A stretch of 44,751 nt of DNA from Octopus sinensis (taxonomy: Eukaryota): NCBI RefSeq assembly GCF_006345805.1, contig NW_021834698.1, positions 1 to 44,751 of the forward strand. Direction: 5' to 3'. The notes beneath the pieces were generated by a model that saw only the letters and a list, made by a program, of their open reading frames with translations, did no database searches and was not told the DNA's origin. The translations under genes and the position numbers were made by a program. Positions 1 to 10,702 of this stretch are shown piece after piece. Position 1 is the stretch's first letter; every line of letters begins with the position of its first letter.

Positions 1-171
1 AAAAAACAAACCCTCTTTTTCCTTCTCTCTTTCCATTTCTTACAATGGTCATCGAAAAAATACAAAAGGACCCAAAAAGAAAAAAAGAAAAACAAAAAAA
101 AGAACACATTTTCAAAACACACACATATTCTCTCTCTTTCACCTTCTCCATCCCTCCCTTCATCATTATAC

Positions 172-180
172 ACACACACA

Positions 181-250
<70 letters not shown>
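172..250. repeat. (CT)n microsatellite
   Basis: Uninterrupted CT dinucleotide run. Confidence 0.95.
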
Positions 251-253
<3 letters not shown>

Positions 254-441
254 CTTCATTCACCAATAATATAAAAACAGGCAAAACTCTGCAAACTTAC
301 ATTTCTGATGAAACTACAGCAGTGATTGAAAGCGCTTAAATATCTAATTAAATATGTGATTTGAAGAAATAATATGTGATATGTAAATAAATATATATAT
401 TTTTATATATAAAACCATCCAACATTCTAAACGCCATTTTC

Positions 442-480
<39 letters not shown>

Positions 481-483
<3 letters not shown>

Positions 484-890
484 TACTCTTTTACTTGTTT
501 CAGTCAGTTGACTGCGGCCATGCTGGAGCACCGCCTTTAATCGAGCAACTCGACCCCCGCACTTATTCTTTGTAAGCCCAGTACTTATTCTATGGGTCTC
601 TTTTGACGAACCGCTAAGTAACGGGGACGTAAACACACCAGCATCGGTTGTCAAGCAATGCTAGGGGGACAAACACGGACAGACAAACACACACATACAC
701 ATATATATATCTATATAATATATACATATATACGACGGGCTTCTTTCAGTTTCCGTCTACCAAATCCACTCACAAGGCTTTGGTCGGCCCGAGGCTATAG
801 TAGAAGACATTTGCCCAAGGTGTCACGCAGTGGGACTGAACCCAGAACCATGTGGTTGGTAAGCAAGCTACTTACAACACAGCCACTCCT
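481..890 (-). mobile_element. SINE family A, full length (tRNA-like head, internal CA/TA microsatellite, body, RTE-like tail)
   Basis: Minus strand reads GGAGTGGCTGTGTTGTAAG (A box) ... GGTTCTGGGTTCAGTCCC (B box) ... CCTTGGGCAAAT; tail GGCGGTGCTCCAGCATGGCCGCAGTC..GACTGAAACAAGTAAAAGAGT; about 18 related copies or fragments in the window. Confidence 0.9.
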
Positions 891-1022
891 AGATAGATAG
901 ATGGATCTTTCTGACAGTCTATCTATTTATCTATCTAATCTATATGTCTGTATGTCTGTCTGCCTGTCTGTCTATCTATCTGTCCATCTATCTATCTATC
1001 TATCTACCTATCTATCTACCTG

Positions 1023-1078
<56 letters not shown>

Positions 1079-1098
1079 CCTATCTATCTATCTACCTG

Positions 1099-1168
<70 letters not shown>

Positions 1169-1290
1169 CCTGTCTATCTACCTATCTATCTATTTACCTA
1201 CCTGCCTACTTACCTACCTACCTACCTACCTACCTCCCTACCGGCCTGCCAATCGCCCTACCTATCTCACTGTATCTATCTATATCTCTG
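890..1290. repeat. (ATCT)n grading into (ACCT)n tetranucleotide tract
   Basis: Direct reading; explains the ORFs 901-1335 and 944-1303. Confidence 0.95.
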
Positions 1291-1503
1291 TCTCGCCTCC
1301 TAATTATTATAATTATCCCTTATGTTGTTCCATAGACTAAATACGTCAACCCTCAGCCAAGTCGTGGTTACTTCATTTATTTATAGAAGCCGTAAGAGGA
1401 GATGACACCTGATACGAGGGACCGTCTTCTGTGATTCAGGAAGGTGAAGCTACAGGTCAACGGTATTGGTGACAATCTTGAGACTACTACTACTACAGTT
1501 CAC

Positions 1504-1537
<34 letters not shown>

Positions 1538-2207
1538 CTGGATCTTTTCCTTTTGAACGGCACATGTCAACACAAATTTCTAGTTAACTAAACACTTTAA
1601 AATTTCGTATACTGGTAGAATGTGTCAAAATAAAACATTTTTTTGTCTCTTGCAATGGAAAATAATTTAAACAATTAACAAACAAAATAATTCTATAATT
1701 TTTTTGTTTGTTAATTGTTTAAATTATTTTCCATTTAAGAAACACTTGAAGTGAATCGAACGGCTTTTGTGTGTTTCTTAAATGGCTTACAAACATCTTC
1801 CACGCTGCAATTGTTTTCGTTTCAGCACACGATCTCAGATCAAATCACTTATTATTTTCCATTGCTTTCGTTTTAGACTTTCGTTTTTATTACACGCGTA
1901 ACAATTAAATTAATTTAACAATTAAGAAAAAAAAATTAGGGTTAGGGTTAGGGTGAGGTTTAGGGTTAGTGACAGGATTTTGTCTCAGTTTTAGATGCAG
2001 CAAATGATTTTAGCTCAATTAGAGGCGATTCATTGGTTAAAATTCGAAAAATTAAACTACGTCAAACAAACGAATTACAATTTTCTCAAGAAAGCCAAGA
2101 GAAAAAAATGTTTTATTTTGACACATTCTACCAGTATACGAAGTTTTAAAGTGTTTAGTTAGCCAGAAATTGTGTTGGCATGTGCCGTTCAAAAGGAAAA
2201 GATCCAG
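1538..2207. mobile_element. Non-autonomous DNA transposon with about 106-bp TIRs and internal TTAGGG repeats
   Basis: TA|CTGGATCTTTTCCTTTTGAACGGCACATG...(1538-1644) is mirrored by ...CATGTGCCGTTCAAAAGGAAAAGATCCAG|TA (2102-2207); TA on both sides; TTAGGG-type repeats at 1936-1969. Superfamily not assignable. Confidence 0.85.
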
Positions 2208-2215
2208 TAGTACTT

Positions 2216-2277
<62 letters not shown>

Positions 2278-2402
2278 GGTGGTGGTGGTGGTGGGGTGGT
2301 GGTGGTGGTAGTGTTGGTGGTGGTGGTAGTAGTAGTGGTTGTGGTGGTGGTGGTAGTAGTAGTAGTAGTGGTGGAGGTTGTGGAGGTGGTGGTGGTGGTA
2401 GT
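2208..2402. repeat. (GTA)n/(GGT)n triplet tract; same tract seen at 1504-1537 and 2998-3117
   Basis: Direct reading; the tract is split by the TIR element and the CR1 fragment. Confidence 0.9.
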
Positions 2403-2997
2403 AGTTAGTTAGTTAATTTGGCTCAAAAGCAAATAGCAAGGCCATGTAGGGGGACATGGAGTTATGTACAGGGTGGTGTTCATGTAAAGAGTTCAGGCCA
2501 CTTGAGGTCAAGGGAGACTTTGAACCGAGCGGTCGTCGGCATCTTCACCATCTCATCTGGCAGCTTGTTCCACGGATCCGCAACCCGGACGGAGAAAGCC
2601 CCTCTCCTTCGATTGAGATGAAATCGTCGCAGGTAGAGCTTTTCGGAATGACCCCGCAGCCGACGCTCCGGAGCAGGAGTGAAGAACAGCTCTTTTGAGA
2701 GGTTACACTTCCCGCTTATAATGTTGTGAGCAAGAATGAGATCACCACGGCGGCGGCGTTTTTCTAGAGAATAAAGGTCGAGCGTCCTCAGCCTTTCTTC
2801 GTAGGACAAATTTTTGAGACCATGAACCAGGCGGGTAGCCAGCCTCTGGACTCTTTCGAGGTGCTGTATGTCTTTGAGGAGATAAGGAGAAGAGGCTTGA
2901 ATCCCGTACTCCAATATGGGTCTCACCAGCGTGACATAGAGTGGCAGGAATATGGCTGCTGTGAGCACTCCGAATGACCGTCGAATCAAAAACAGAG
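2403..2997 (-). mobile_element. 5'-truncated CR1-clade LINE: ORF2 C-terminus, short 3' UTR, (TAAC)n tail
   Basis: ORF 2480-2989 reads LYVTLVRPILEY...SPYLLKDIQHLERVQRLATR...LSYEERLRTLDLYSLEKRRRRGDLI...RGHSEKL...FSVRV..PWNKLP, the typical CR1 post-RT region; open frame; ends AACTAACTAACT. Confidence 0.92.
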
Positions 2998-3376
2998 TAG
3001 TAGCAGTGGTGGTGGTAGTGGTAGTGGTGGTGGTGGTGGTTGTGGTAGTGGTAGTAGCAGTAGTGGTGGTGGTGGTGGTGATGGTGGTAGTGGTAGTGGT
3101 AGTAGTAGTAGTAGTATGGCTTTGTGCACTATAACAGAGCGTCGCTGCGTCGACCGTTTGTTGACGATTCCCTACTCCTGGCGGTTAACATTCTTTTGCA
3201 CCACTCAGGTTTACAACCTTCCAGCCCGTGGGTCTGTTTCGGTTCCTACCTCAACCCCTTTTAGTCGCCCCTTTTACGACACGCAGAGGACTCTGTTCGA
3301 GTCTGACTGTTTTAAGTCATAGTGGAAACGCGACGACCTATGTCGCAAATAGGCAGACGAATATTGTATAGATTTT

Positions 3377-3636
3377 ATTCTTTTACTCTTTTACTTGTTT
3401 CAGTCATTTGACTGCGGCCATGCTGGAGTACTGGCATTAGGCGAGCAAATCGACCCCTAGGAATTATTCATTGTAAGCCTAGTACTTATTCTATCGGTCT
3501 CTTTGCCGAACCGCTAAGTTACGGGGACGTAAACACACCAGCATCGGTTGTCAAGCGATATTGGGGGGACAAACATAGACACACAAACACACAAACACAC
3601 ACACACACACTCACTCACACACATACACACACACAT

Positions 3637-3669
<33 letters not shown>

Positions 3670-3828
3670 CATATATGACGGGCTTCTTCCAGTTTCCGTC
3701 TACCAAATCCACTAACAAGGCTTTGGTCGGCCCTAGGCTATAGTAGAAGACATTTGCCCAAGGTTCCATGCAGTGGGACTGAACCCAGAACCATGTGGCT
3801 GGTAAGCAAACTACTTACCACGCAGCCA
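3377..3828 (-). mobile_element. SINE family A, full length
   Basis: Same head, microsatellite, body and tail as 481-890. Confidence 0.9.
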
Positions 3829-3859
3829 AAAATTTACTATATTTTGTACATATGAGTAC

Positions 3860-3933
3860 ATCAGCCTGCGGGCATAATAAAATGGACGTGAGGGTGCAAT
3901 TTCGCCCGCGGGCGGAGGATTTCTCCACCCCTG
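3860..3933 (-). mobile_element. One end of a hAT (Charlie-like) MITE
   Basis: Minus strand CAGGGGTGGAGAAATCCTCCGCCCGCGGGC resembles hAT TIR plus CCCGCGGG subterminal motifs; adjacent 8-mer GTCTATAG resembles Charlie target consensus; no partner end found. Confidence 0.45.
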
Positions 3934-3950
3934 CTATAGACAAATAGGTG

Positions 3951-4606
3951 TGTAGCGCACACGCTAGTGAAATTCCTCTCTTCTTTATTATATAATCGTA
4001 CATTCGAACGTAGTAGATAACAGCTAACCTTTGGACGCCGTTTTAGACCCCATAGTATCTACCACTCTGATTGGTCGGTATTGGTGCTATTTGCTTCTTA
4101 CTCTGACGCATGCCAATATGCAACCTAACTAATCGCAGCCTCCAAATAAATCACGTGAGACAGTCTGTTCACAACTCCAGTTTTGAGCCTACTGTTACTT
4201 ACAAAACCTCGACTTCTTGTCTCGAAGTCTTTTGGTTCCAGATCTTCTAAGGTCTAACCACTGACCACACGACACAGCCAGTTCCAGCGACGGCGCCAGA
4301 CAACACCCGTCCAACAGCATTACAGCGACCTGCATCTTCGCCGCCACCATCATGTCTCTCACCAACGTCGTCAACAACATCTCTACGTACACAGCACCAG
4401 CAACACTGCACAGGTTTTAACATAGCGCTGTTCGTGAGATACCACACCATGGTTAACAGCAAACACACAACCCACACAGATGCATGTAAATATATGAATA
4501 AATGTTCTCCAAGCATTCTACTCGGCTGTGTCTCTCTTTTCTAACTGGCACTTTATACGTATTGTTTCAGCCTTCTTATATAAATCGTTTAGATGATTAC
4601 ACTACA
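3951..4606 (+). mobile_element. Possible solo LTR
   Basis: Bounded by TGTAG...CTACA, contains CCAAT-box-like motifs (CTGATTGG, GCCAAT) and AATAAA at about 4497; flanks do not match, so no TSD. Confidence 0.3.
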
Positions 4607-4611
4607 CGCAA

Positions 4612-4890
4612 TCACCCGGCATGTTTGGGTTCCTACCTCAACCCCTTTTAGTCGCCCCTTTTACGACCATCTATAGGTGTAAATACATTGAATCAGCTCA
4701 CAGCCCCCACTAACCAGACATTAGGATGCAAGCATTTCGGAGTGGTTATCTACTCTTCAGCAGCAGAGAACAGAAAGGCAGGCGCTACGAGCTGACATGA
4801 GAGACAGGTCCCTCTTATGATGTTCCCGTCATCATTCAATGACTGGTTGTGCTATTCAGCGGCTGTCTGCGAATAAAACATGCCGGGTGA
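4612..4890. mobile_element. 279-bp element with perfect 15-bp TIRs
   Basis: TCACCCGGCATGTTT (4612-4626) / AAACATGCCGGGTGA (4876-4890); no TSD seen. Confidence 0.55.
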
Positions 4891-5367
4891 CAGCACTAAG
4901 CTAAACTAAATACCAACTTGTGACCAGTTCAAACATTGCTTGAGGCATTTTCGAACTCGTAAGAATGCCATTCAAGATATTTTGTCACAGAACAAGCAAC
5001 TTGTTTGTAGTTATACTGACATTTTATATTTGAAATTAGGTGTGTGTGTGTGTGTGTGTGGTGAATATAACCAAATTTAAACAGCAGCTGAAATTCACTG
5101 TAAGATGTACACAGTAATGGTAGAATACTTGTTTTATTGAACATAATAAGACTGTGGCTTCGAAGTTTCGCCGACAGCAGCAGTTATATAATCTATGAGC
5201 ACGCATGCGCATAAATTGATATGATAGCTGCTCTCAAATGTCGTTATTGTTCTCGTTGTTGTCGTGATGTCACTTCTAACGAAGCAAACATGTAATCAAC
5301 GGTGTTCCAGCCATGGCCCTCATGCCTTTTTATTTCTAAATAAAATTTGCCCCACACTTCATTATCC

Positions 5368-5758
5368 TATTTCTTTACTAACCACAAGGGGCTAAACACA
5401 GAGGGGACAGACAAACGGATTCAGTCGATTACATCGACCCCAGTGCGTAGCGGGTAGTTAATTTATCGACCCCGAAAGGATAAAAGGCAAAGTCGACCTC
5501 GGTGGAATTTGAACTCAGAACGTAACGGCAGACGAAATACCTATTTCTTTACTACCCACAAGGGGCTAAGCATAGAGAGGACAAACAAGGACAGACAAAC
5601 GGATTAAGTCGATTACATCGACCCCAGTGCGTAACTGGTAGTTAATTAATCGACCCCGAAAGGATGAAAGGCAAAGTCGACCTCGGCGGAATTTGAACTC
5701 AGAACGTAACGGCAGACGAAATACCGCTAAGCATTTCGCCCGGCGTGCTTAACGTTTC
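5368..5758 (-). mobile_element. SINE family B dimer with 9-bp TSD
   Basis: Slightly truncated head plus two units; B box GAGTTCAAATTCC; TCATTATCC at 5359-5367 and 5759-5767. Confidence 0.9.
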
Positions 5759-6078
5759 TCATTATCCAAAGCCTCCGTTTTTTTCTCTTCTCTTTTCAAG
5801 ACAGTAAAATATACTTTTGAAGGAGATTTGGCTATTATTTCTAGCTGATTCAGCGACCATATAGAGGCTTTCTTGTTGACTCTTCTCTTTCCTCCCCCGG
5901 TTTAATTGTTTTTGGTTACTATAGCAACATAGTCAGCTGTCGATGTCGCGTTTTGTCGCATGAGATGACTGGCTGCGTTGGCTGCAGCTGCGACTTGCAC
6001 TTGCCGCTGCAACCGAAGCTGCTGCCTGGCAGTCGGGTATCAAGTTGACAGTCGGGTATCAGTCAGGTTTCGGGGTGT

Positions 6079-6501
6079 GAAGACGCGTGACTAAGTGGTT
6101 AGGGTACTCGGCTCGCGATCGTGGGGTTGTGAGTTCGATTCCCGGCAGCGCGTTGAGTCACTGAACAAGACACTTTTAGTTCACGTTGCTCCAGTCCACT
6201 CGTCTAACAAAAACGAATTATACCAGTAATTGAAGCGGGGTCAGCCTTGTTACATTGAGTCTCCTCCCTGAGGTTCTGTGTCTGTGGCGCACTCAATCAC
6301 TTGCACGTTGCTCCAGTCGACTCGTCTAACAAAAACGAATTATACCAGTAATTGAAGCGGGGTCAGCCTTGTCACATTGAGTCTCCTCCCTGAGGTTCTG
6401 TGTCTGTGGCGTACTCAACCACTTGCACGTTAATTTCACGAGCAAGCTGTTCCGTTAATTGGATCAACGGGTACCCTCATCGTCGCAACCGACGGAGAAC
6501 C
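6079..6501 (+). mobile_element. SINE family C with internal 122-bp tandem duplication
   Basis: GAAGACGCGTGACTAAGTGGTTAGGG (A box) ... GAGTTCGATTCCC (B box); body homologous to 35143-35466; segment starting CACGTTGCTCCAGTC at 6182 and 6304. Confidence 0.85.
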
Positions 6502-6919
6502 AGTTAGGTATTAGGTTGATTAACATCATCGTGTTCACAGGTCTCCCACTCTCATCGTTTTTGTCTCTCTCCCTATTCCTCACACAGAGAGAAAAATAGA
6601 AGCGGAGGGAGAGAGAGAGACAGAGAACTTACATCAGAATTAAACCAAAGAAAGAGTTTCCAAAGGACGTGCTAGAAACAACAGCTAAATCATAATCAAG
6701 ATCTTATCATTTTCTTATCTTTAACTATCTCACTTGTCTCGTAAAAGAGGTGTAATAGTAAAACTTCACCGGCAAAGGGCGCGGAATTAGGGACAGGAGA
6801 GTAAAAATGTAAAAAACACTAATTAAATTTTAGGGTCAAAATAATTCTTTCATTGAAGGAAACATACATCCAATTCCTTGACTTTTTCTTTTACCAATTT
6901 TTAACAAAATTCAGTTATG

Positions 6920-7720
6920 AGGCGCAGGAGTTTCTGTATGGTAAGTAGCTTGCTTACGAACCACATGGTTCCGGGTTCAGTCCCACTACGTGGCACCTTG
7001 GGCAAGTGTCTTCTACTATAGCCTTAGGCCGACCAAAGCCTTGTGAGTGGATTTGGTAGATGGAAACTGAAAGAAGCTCGTCGTATATATATGTATATAC
7101 GCCATAGCGTCGACTGTGGGCCGGTAGCTGTGTACAGTCGCCTCAATGTCGCCTCCACTAAATTTATTCAGTCCAGTTATCTGTATAGTGGTCATTTGCA
7201 AACTCCAGAGGTGACACGTTCATTTCTCCTTGTCGACTGTGGGCTGGTAGCTGTGGACGGTCGACCCAAAGTCGCCCAGAGCGAGCTCTGGCTGGTATAA
7301 TGCTATAGCAGAAGACACATGCCAAGTTACCACACAGTGGGACTGAACTGAGGACCAAGTGTTTTGGAACCAAGTTTGGCAAGTAAGGCATGTGTAAAAT
7401 TTGAATGAAATTGGTTGTGTAGTTCTCAAGTTTTAGGGAAACACACAGACAGACAGACACACACACATTCTCAGTTTTATATATATATAGATGCTTGTGT
7501 GTGTATATGTTTGTGCGTCAGTGTTCGTCCCACCAACACCGCTTGACAACCTATGCTGGTGTGTTTACGTCCCCGTAATTTAGCGGTTCGGCAAAAGAGA
7601 CCGATAGAAAAAGTACTAGACTTACAAAGAATAAGTCCTGGTGTCGATTTGCTCGACTAAAAGGCGGTGCTCCAGGATGGCCGCTGTCAAATGACTGAAA
7701 CAAATAAAAGAGTAAAAGAG
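6920..7720 (+). mobile_element. SINE family A split by a 390-bp insertion in its microsatellite
   Basis: Head 6920-7100, body and tail 7493-7720, both matching family A. Confidence 0.85.
7390..7491 (-). mobile_element. 5' end of a non-autonomous Helitron-like element
   Basis: Minus strand A|TCTATATATATATAAAACTGAGAATGTGTGTG(TCTG)n, similar to the 5' ends at 26371 and 32420; no CTAG 3' end found. Confidence 0.6.
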
Positions 7721-7799
7721 TGTGATTTCGTTTCGGTAAAAGCCATTCCGTGTTTTATGTTTACACAAAAAAAGGTGTGTAACGACACAGCCATATCTT

Positions 7800-8062
7800 T
7801 TATCTTTTCTCTCTTTTACTTGTTTCAGTCATTAGACTGCGGCCACGCTGGAGCACCGCCTTGAAAGATGTTTAGTCGAATGAATCGACGTCAATACTTT
7901 TTTTTTAAAGCCTGCTGCTTACTCTATCGGTGACTTTTGCCGAACCGCTAAGTTACAAAGACGTAAGCACACCAACACCAGTTGCAAAGTGGTGTTGATG
8001 GACACACACACACACACATACACGCATACACACATATACACGCACACACACACATACACATG

Positions 8063-8097
<35 letters not shown>

Positions 8098-8540
8098 ACA
8101 TACACACACACACACTCACACATACACATGCACACACACACACACTCGCACACATTCACACATACACACACACACTCACACACATACGCACGCACACACA
8201 CACACACACACTCACACACGCATACACACATACACTCGCTCACACACATACACACACACAGGCACACACACACACGCACACACACACATACACACACACA
8301 CACGCACGCACACACACGCTCACACAGACATACGCACACGCGCACATTTATAAATATTTAGCAGAAACAACAGAGTGACTCAAGGGCCGAGTGTTTCGTG
8401 TGTTGGCAAATGCCACTCACAAGGCTTTGGTCACCTCGAGGCTATAGTAGAAGATACTGGGTCAGAGTGCCACGCAGTGGGACTGAACCCGAAACCGCAT
8501 GGTTGGGAAGCAAGCTTCTTACCACACAGCCACGCCTGCG
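7800..8540 (-). mobile_element. SINE family A, diverged copy with about 340-bp (CA)n expansion
   Basis: Tail at 7800-7995, CA tract about 8003-8345, head ends CAGCCACGCCTGCG at 8540. Confidence 0.85.
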
Positions 8541-8818
8541 TCATTATATGTGTCTTAGTTTTAGAAAAGAAAAAGATTGTAGAAAGACAATTGAGGGAGA
8601 TTTGGTGGCTATTTCTAGCAGACCGAGTATAATGGCTGTGTATTCCACAGACACGTGTTGCTTTTACTTAATTTCTACGCAGAATCGGTGTGTCACGTGA
8701 CAAGGCTATACTTTTGAATCACCAGTACAGACAATTCGACGGGATTCAATACAGTTTCCATATGTTCAGTTTCGTTTACAAGGCTTGGGTCGGCCCGATT
8801 TATACAGCTTTGTGTGTA

Positions 8819-8905
8819 AAGGCGCGTGGCTTAGTGGTTAGGGCATTCGGCTCCCGATCGAGAGTTCGATTCTCAGCGGTGCGCTTTGTCCCTGGGCAAG
8901 CAATA
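8819..8905 (+). mobile_element. SINE family C head fragment
   Basis: AAGGCGCGTGGCTTAGTGGTTAGGGCATTCGGCTC...GAGTTCGATTC matches 35143 head. Confidence 0.75.
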
Positions 8906-9120
8906 ACCCAGAAACCATTGGTGCACAGATATTGCTTTGAGCTGAGTGGGGACACTAGCTCCCTTGTTTGAAAATATAAGGAGGCAGATAATGCGTCGAT
9001 AGTCAGCTGGAGATGATGTTTTCCTGGGGTTAAATAACAGTAACACTGGTTCTAATCAGGACTGCCACTTCATCTTGGCAAATAAAGTTTTTATTTGTTT
9101 TACTTTACTTCAGTTCACTC

Positions 9121-9334
9121 TCTTACACTTTTACTCTTTTACTTGTTTCAGTCATTTGACTGCGGCCATGCTGGAGCACCGCCTTTAGTCGAGCAAATCG
9201 ACCCCGGGACTTATTCTTTGTAAGCCCAGTACTTATTCTATCGGTCTCTTTTGCCGAACCGCTAAGTGACGGCGACGTAAACACACCAGCATCGGTTGTC
9301 AAGCAATGCTAGGGGGACAAACACAGACACACAA

Positions 9335-9373
<39 letters not shown>

Positions 9374-9576
9374 ACACCCCACACACATATATATATATAT
9401 ATATATAAATATATACGACAGGCTTCTTTCAGTTTCCGTCTACCAAATCCACTCACAAGGCTTTGGTCGGCCCGAGGCTATAGCAGAAGACACTTGCCCA
9501 AGATGCCACGCAGTGGGACTGAACCCGGAACCATGTGGTTGGTAAGCAAGCTACTTACCACACAGCCACTCCTGCG
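9121..9576 (-). mobile_element. SINE family A, full length, near consensus
   Basis: All modules intact. Confidence 0.92.
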
Positions 9577-9584
9577 TATATTGA

Positions 9585-9775
9585 CAAAAAAGAATGAGTT
9601 GTACCAGTAATTCAAACGGCTAGTCTTGATACATTCTGTGTCACACTGAATCTCCCTTAGAACTACTCTAAGTGTTTGTGGAGTACTCAGCCACTTGCAT
9701 GTTAATTTCAAGAGCAGGCTGTTCGGTTGATCGAATCACCTGGAATACTCATCATCGTAACCGACGGAGAACCAG
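9585..9775 (+). mobile_element. SINE family C, 5'-truncated
   Basis: Matches 3' half of 35143-35466, ending CGTAACCGACGGAG. Confidence 0.75.
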
Positions 9776-9805
9776 TCATAGTTATATGTGTGTATATATA
9801 TGAAT

Positions 9806-10111
9806 GGAGGCGCAATGGCCCAGTGGTTAGGGCAGCGGACTCGCGGTCGTAGAATCGTGGTTTCGATTCCCAGACCGGGCGCTGTGAGTGTTTATTGAGC
9901 GAAAACACCTAAAAGCTCCACGAGGCTCCGGCAGGGGGTGGTGATCCCTGTTGTACTCTTTCACCACTCTTTCTCCCACTCTTTCGTCTGTTGGCCTGCT
10001 CGCTTAGCCAGCGGGGTGGCGTCATTCGAAGGCTAAAACAATGCGAAGCGCATTGTGACCAGCGATGTGTAACTACATCTGATGGACTGGTCGGTCACGC
10101 GATCACGTGAT
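9806..10111 (+). mobile_element. SINE family D, full length
   Basis: GGAGGCGCAATGGCCCAGTGGTTAGGGC (A box) ... GGTTTCGATTCCC (B box); highly similar second copy at 30292-30595; ends GGTCACGCGATCACGTGAT. Confidence 0.88.
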
Positions 10112-10686
10112 ATATACGAATAGTTATGTACGCGCACGCGCGTGTGTGTGATGGACAGAAGATTGCTGTGTACGAGTGAGCATGCGTCATGTAATAGGCG
10201 TCCATCGTCTACGCAAAGACATTTGCCCAAAATGCTATGCATTGGAATCGCACTCGGGACTCCGTTTCGAAGCGACCTTCTTAAGACTTCTGCCAGTCGA
10301 ATTCCTTAGAATACAGTAGAACCTCGCAGTACGAGTGCTCCCCTTGTACGAGTAATTTGCTGTACGAGCCGAGACTCGTGCTAATTTTTGTCCTGAAATA
10401 CGAGCGGAGATCCGCAGTATTTGCACACAAGGCGGTGTCTCAGCATCTTAAAGAAAATTCAGTTAATAAAACCAGTTTACATATTTCTTTTGCATTCTCC
10501 TTTTTTTTATAATTGTCATTTTACTTGTAATTATACCCTTTCTGTTTTAAAAACCATAAAAAGATATTTTTTGAGTGTTTTTTAGGGACTGGAACGGATT
10601 AAATATATTTTAGTTAATTTCAATCCTTAAAATCCTTAAAAATATTTTAGCCCGAAGGCCGCGGCCATGCTGGGGCACCACCGCTG

Positions 10687-10691
10687 AAAAA
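10687..10691 (-). terminator. Pol III terminator (T5) just downstream of tRNA-Thr
   Basis: TTTTT on minus strand after an 11-nt trailer TCTGTTCCACA. Confidence 0.75.
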
Positions 10692-10702
10692 TGTGGAACA
10701 GA

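Noticed and set aside
1370-1480. Possible small exon between TTTATAG and GT donors
   Set aside because: All three frames hit stops within about 8 codons.
1936-1969. True telomere or chromosome fusion site
   Set aside because: Only about five repeats, single orientation, enclosed by TIRs.
9806-9880. SINE heads of families A, C, D and F as tRNA genes
   Set aside because: They have A and B boxes but no complete acceptor stem or cloverleaf, and run into repeat bodies.
10623-10702. HDV-like (theta) ribozyme downstream of the tRNA
   Set aside because: A hairpin followed by CUAA resembles P4-J4/2, but I could not build P1, P2 and P3/L3 pairings; the match to the SINE tail explains the sequence better.
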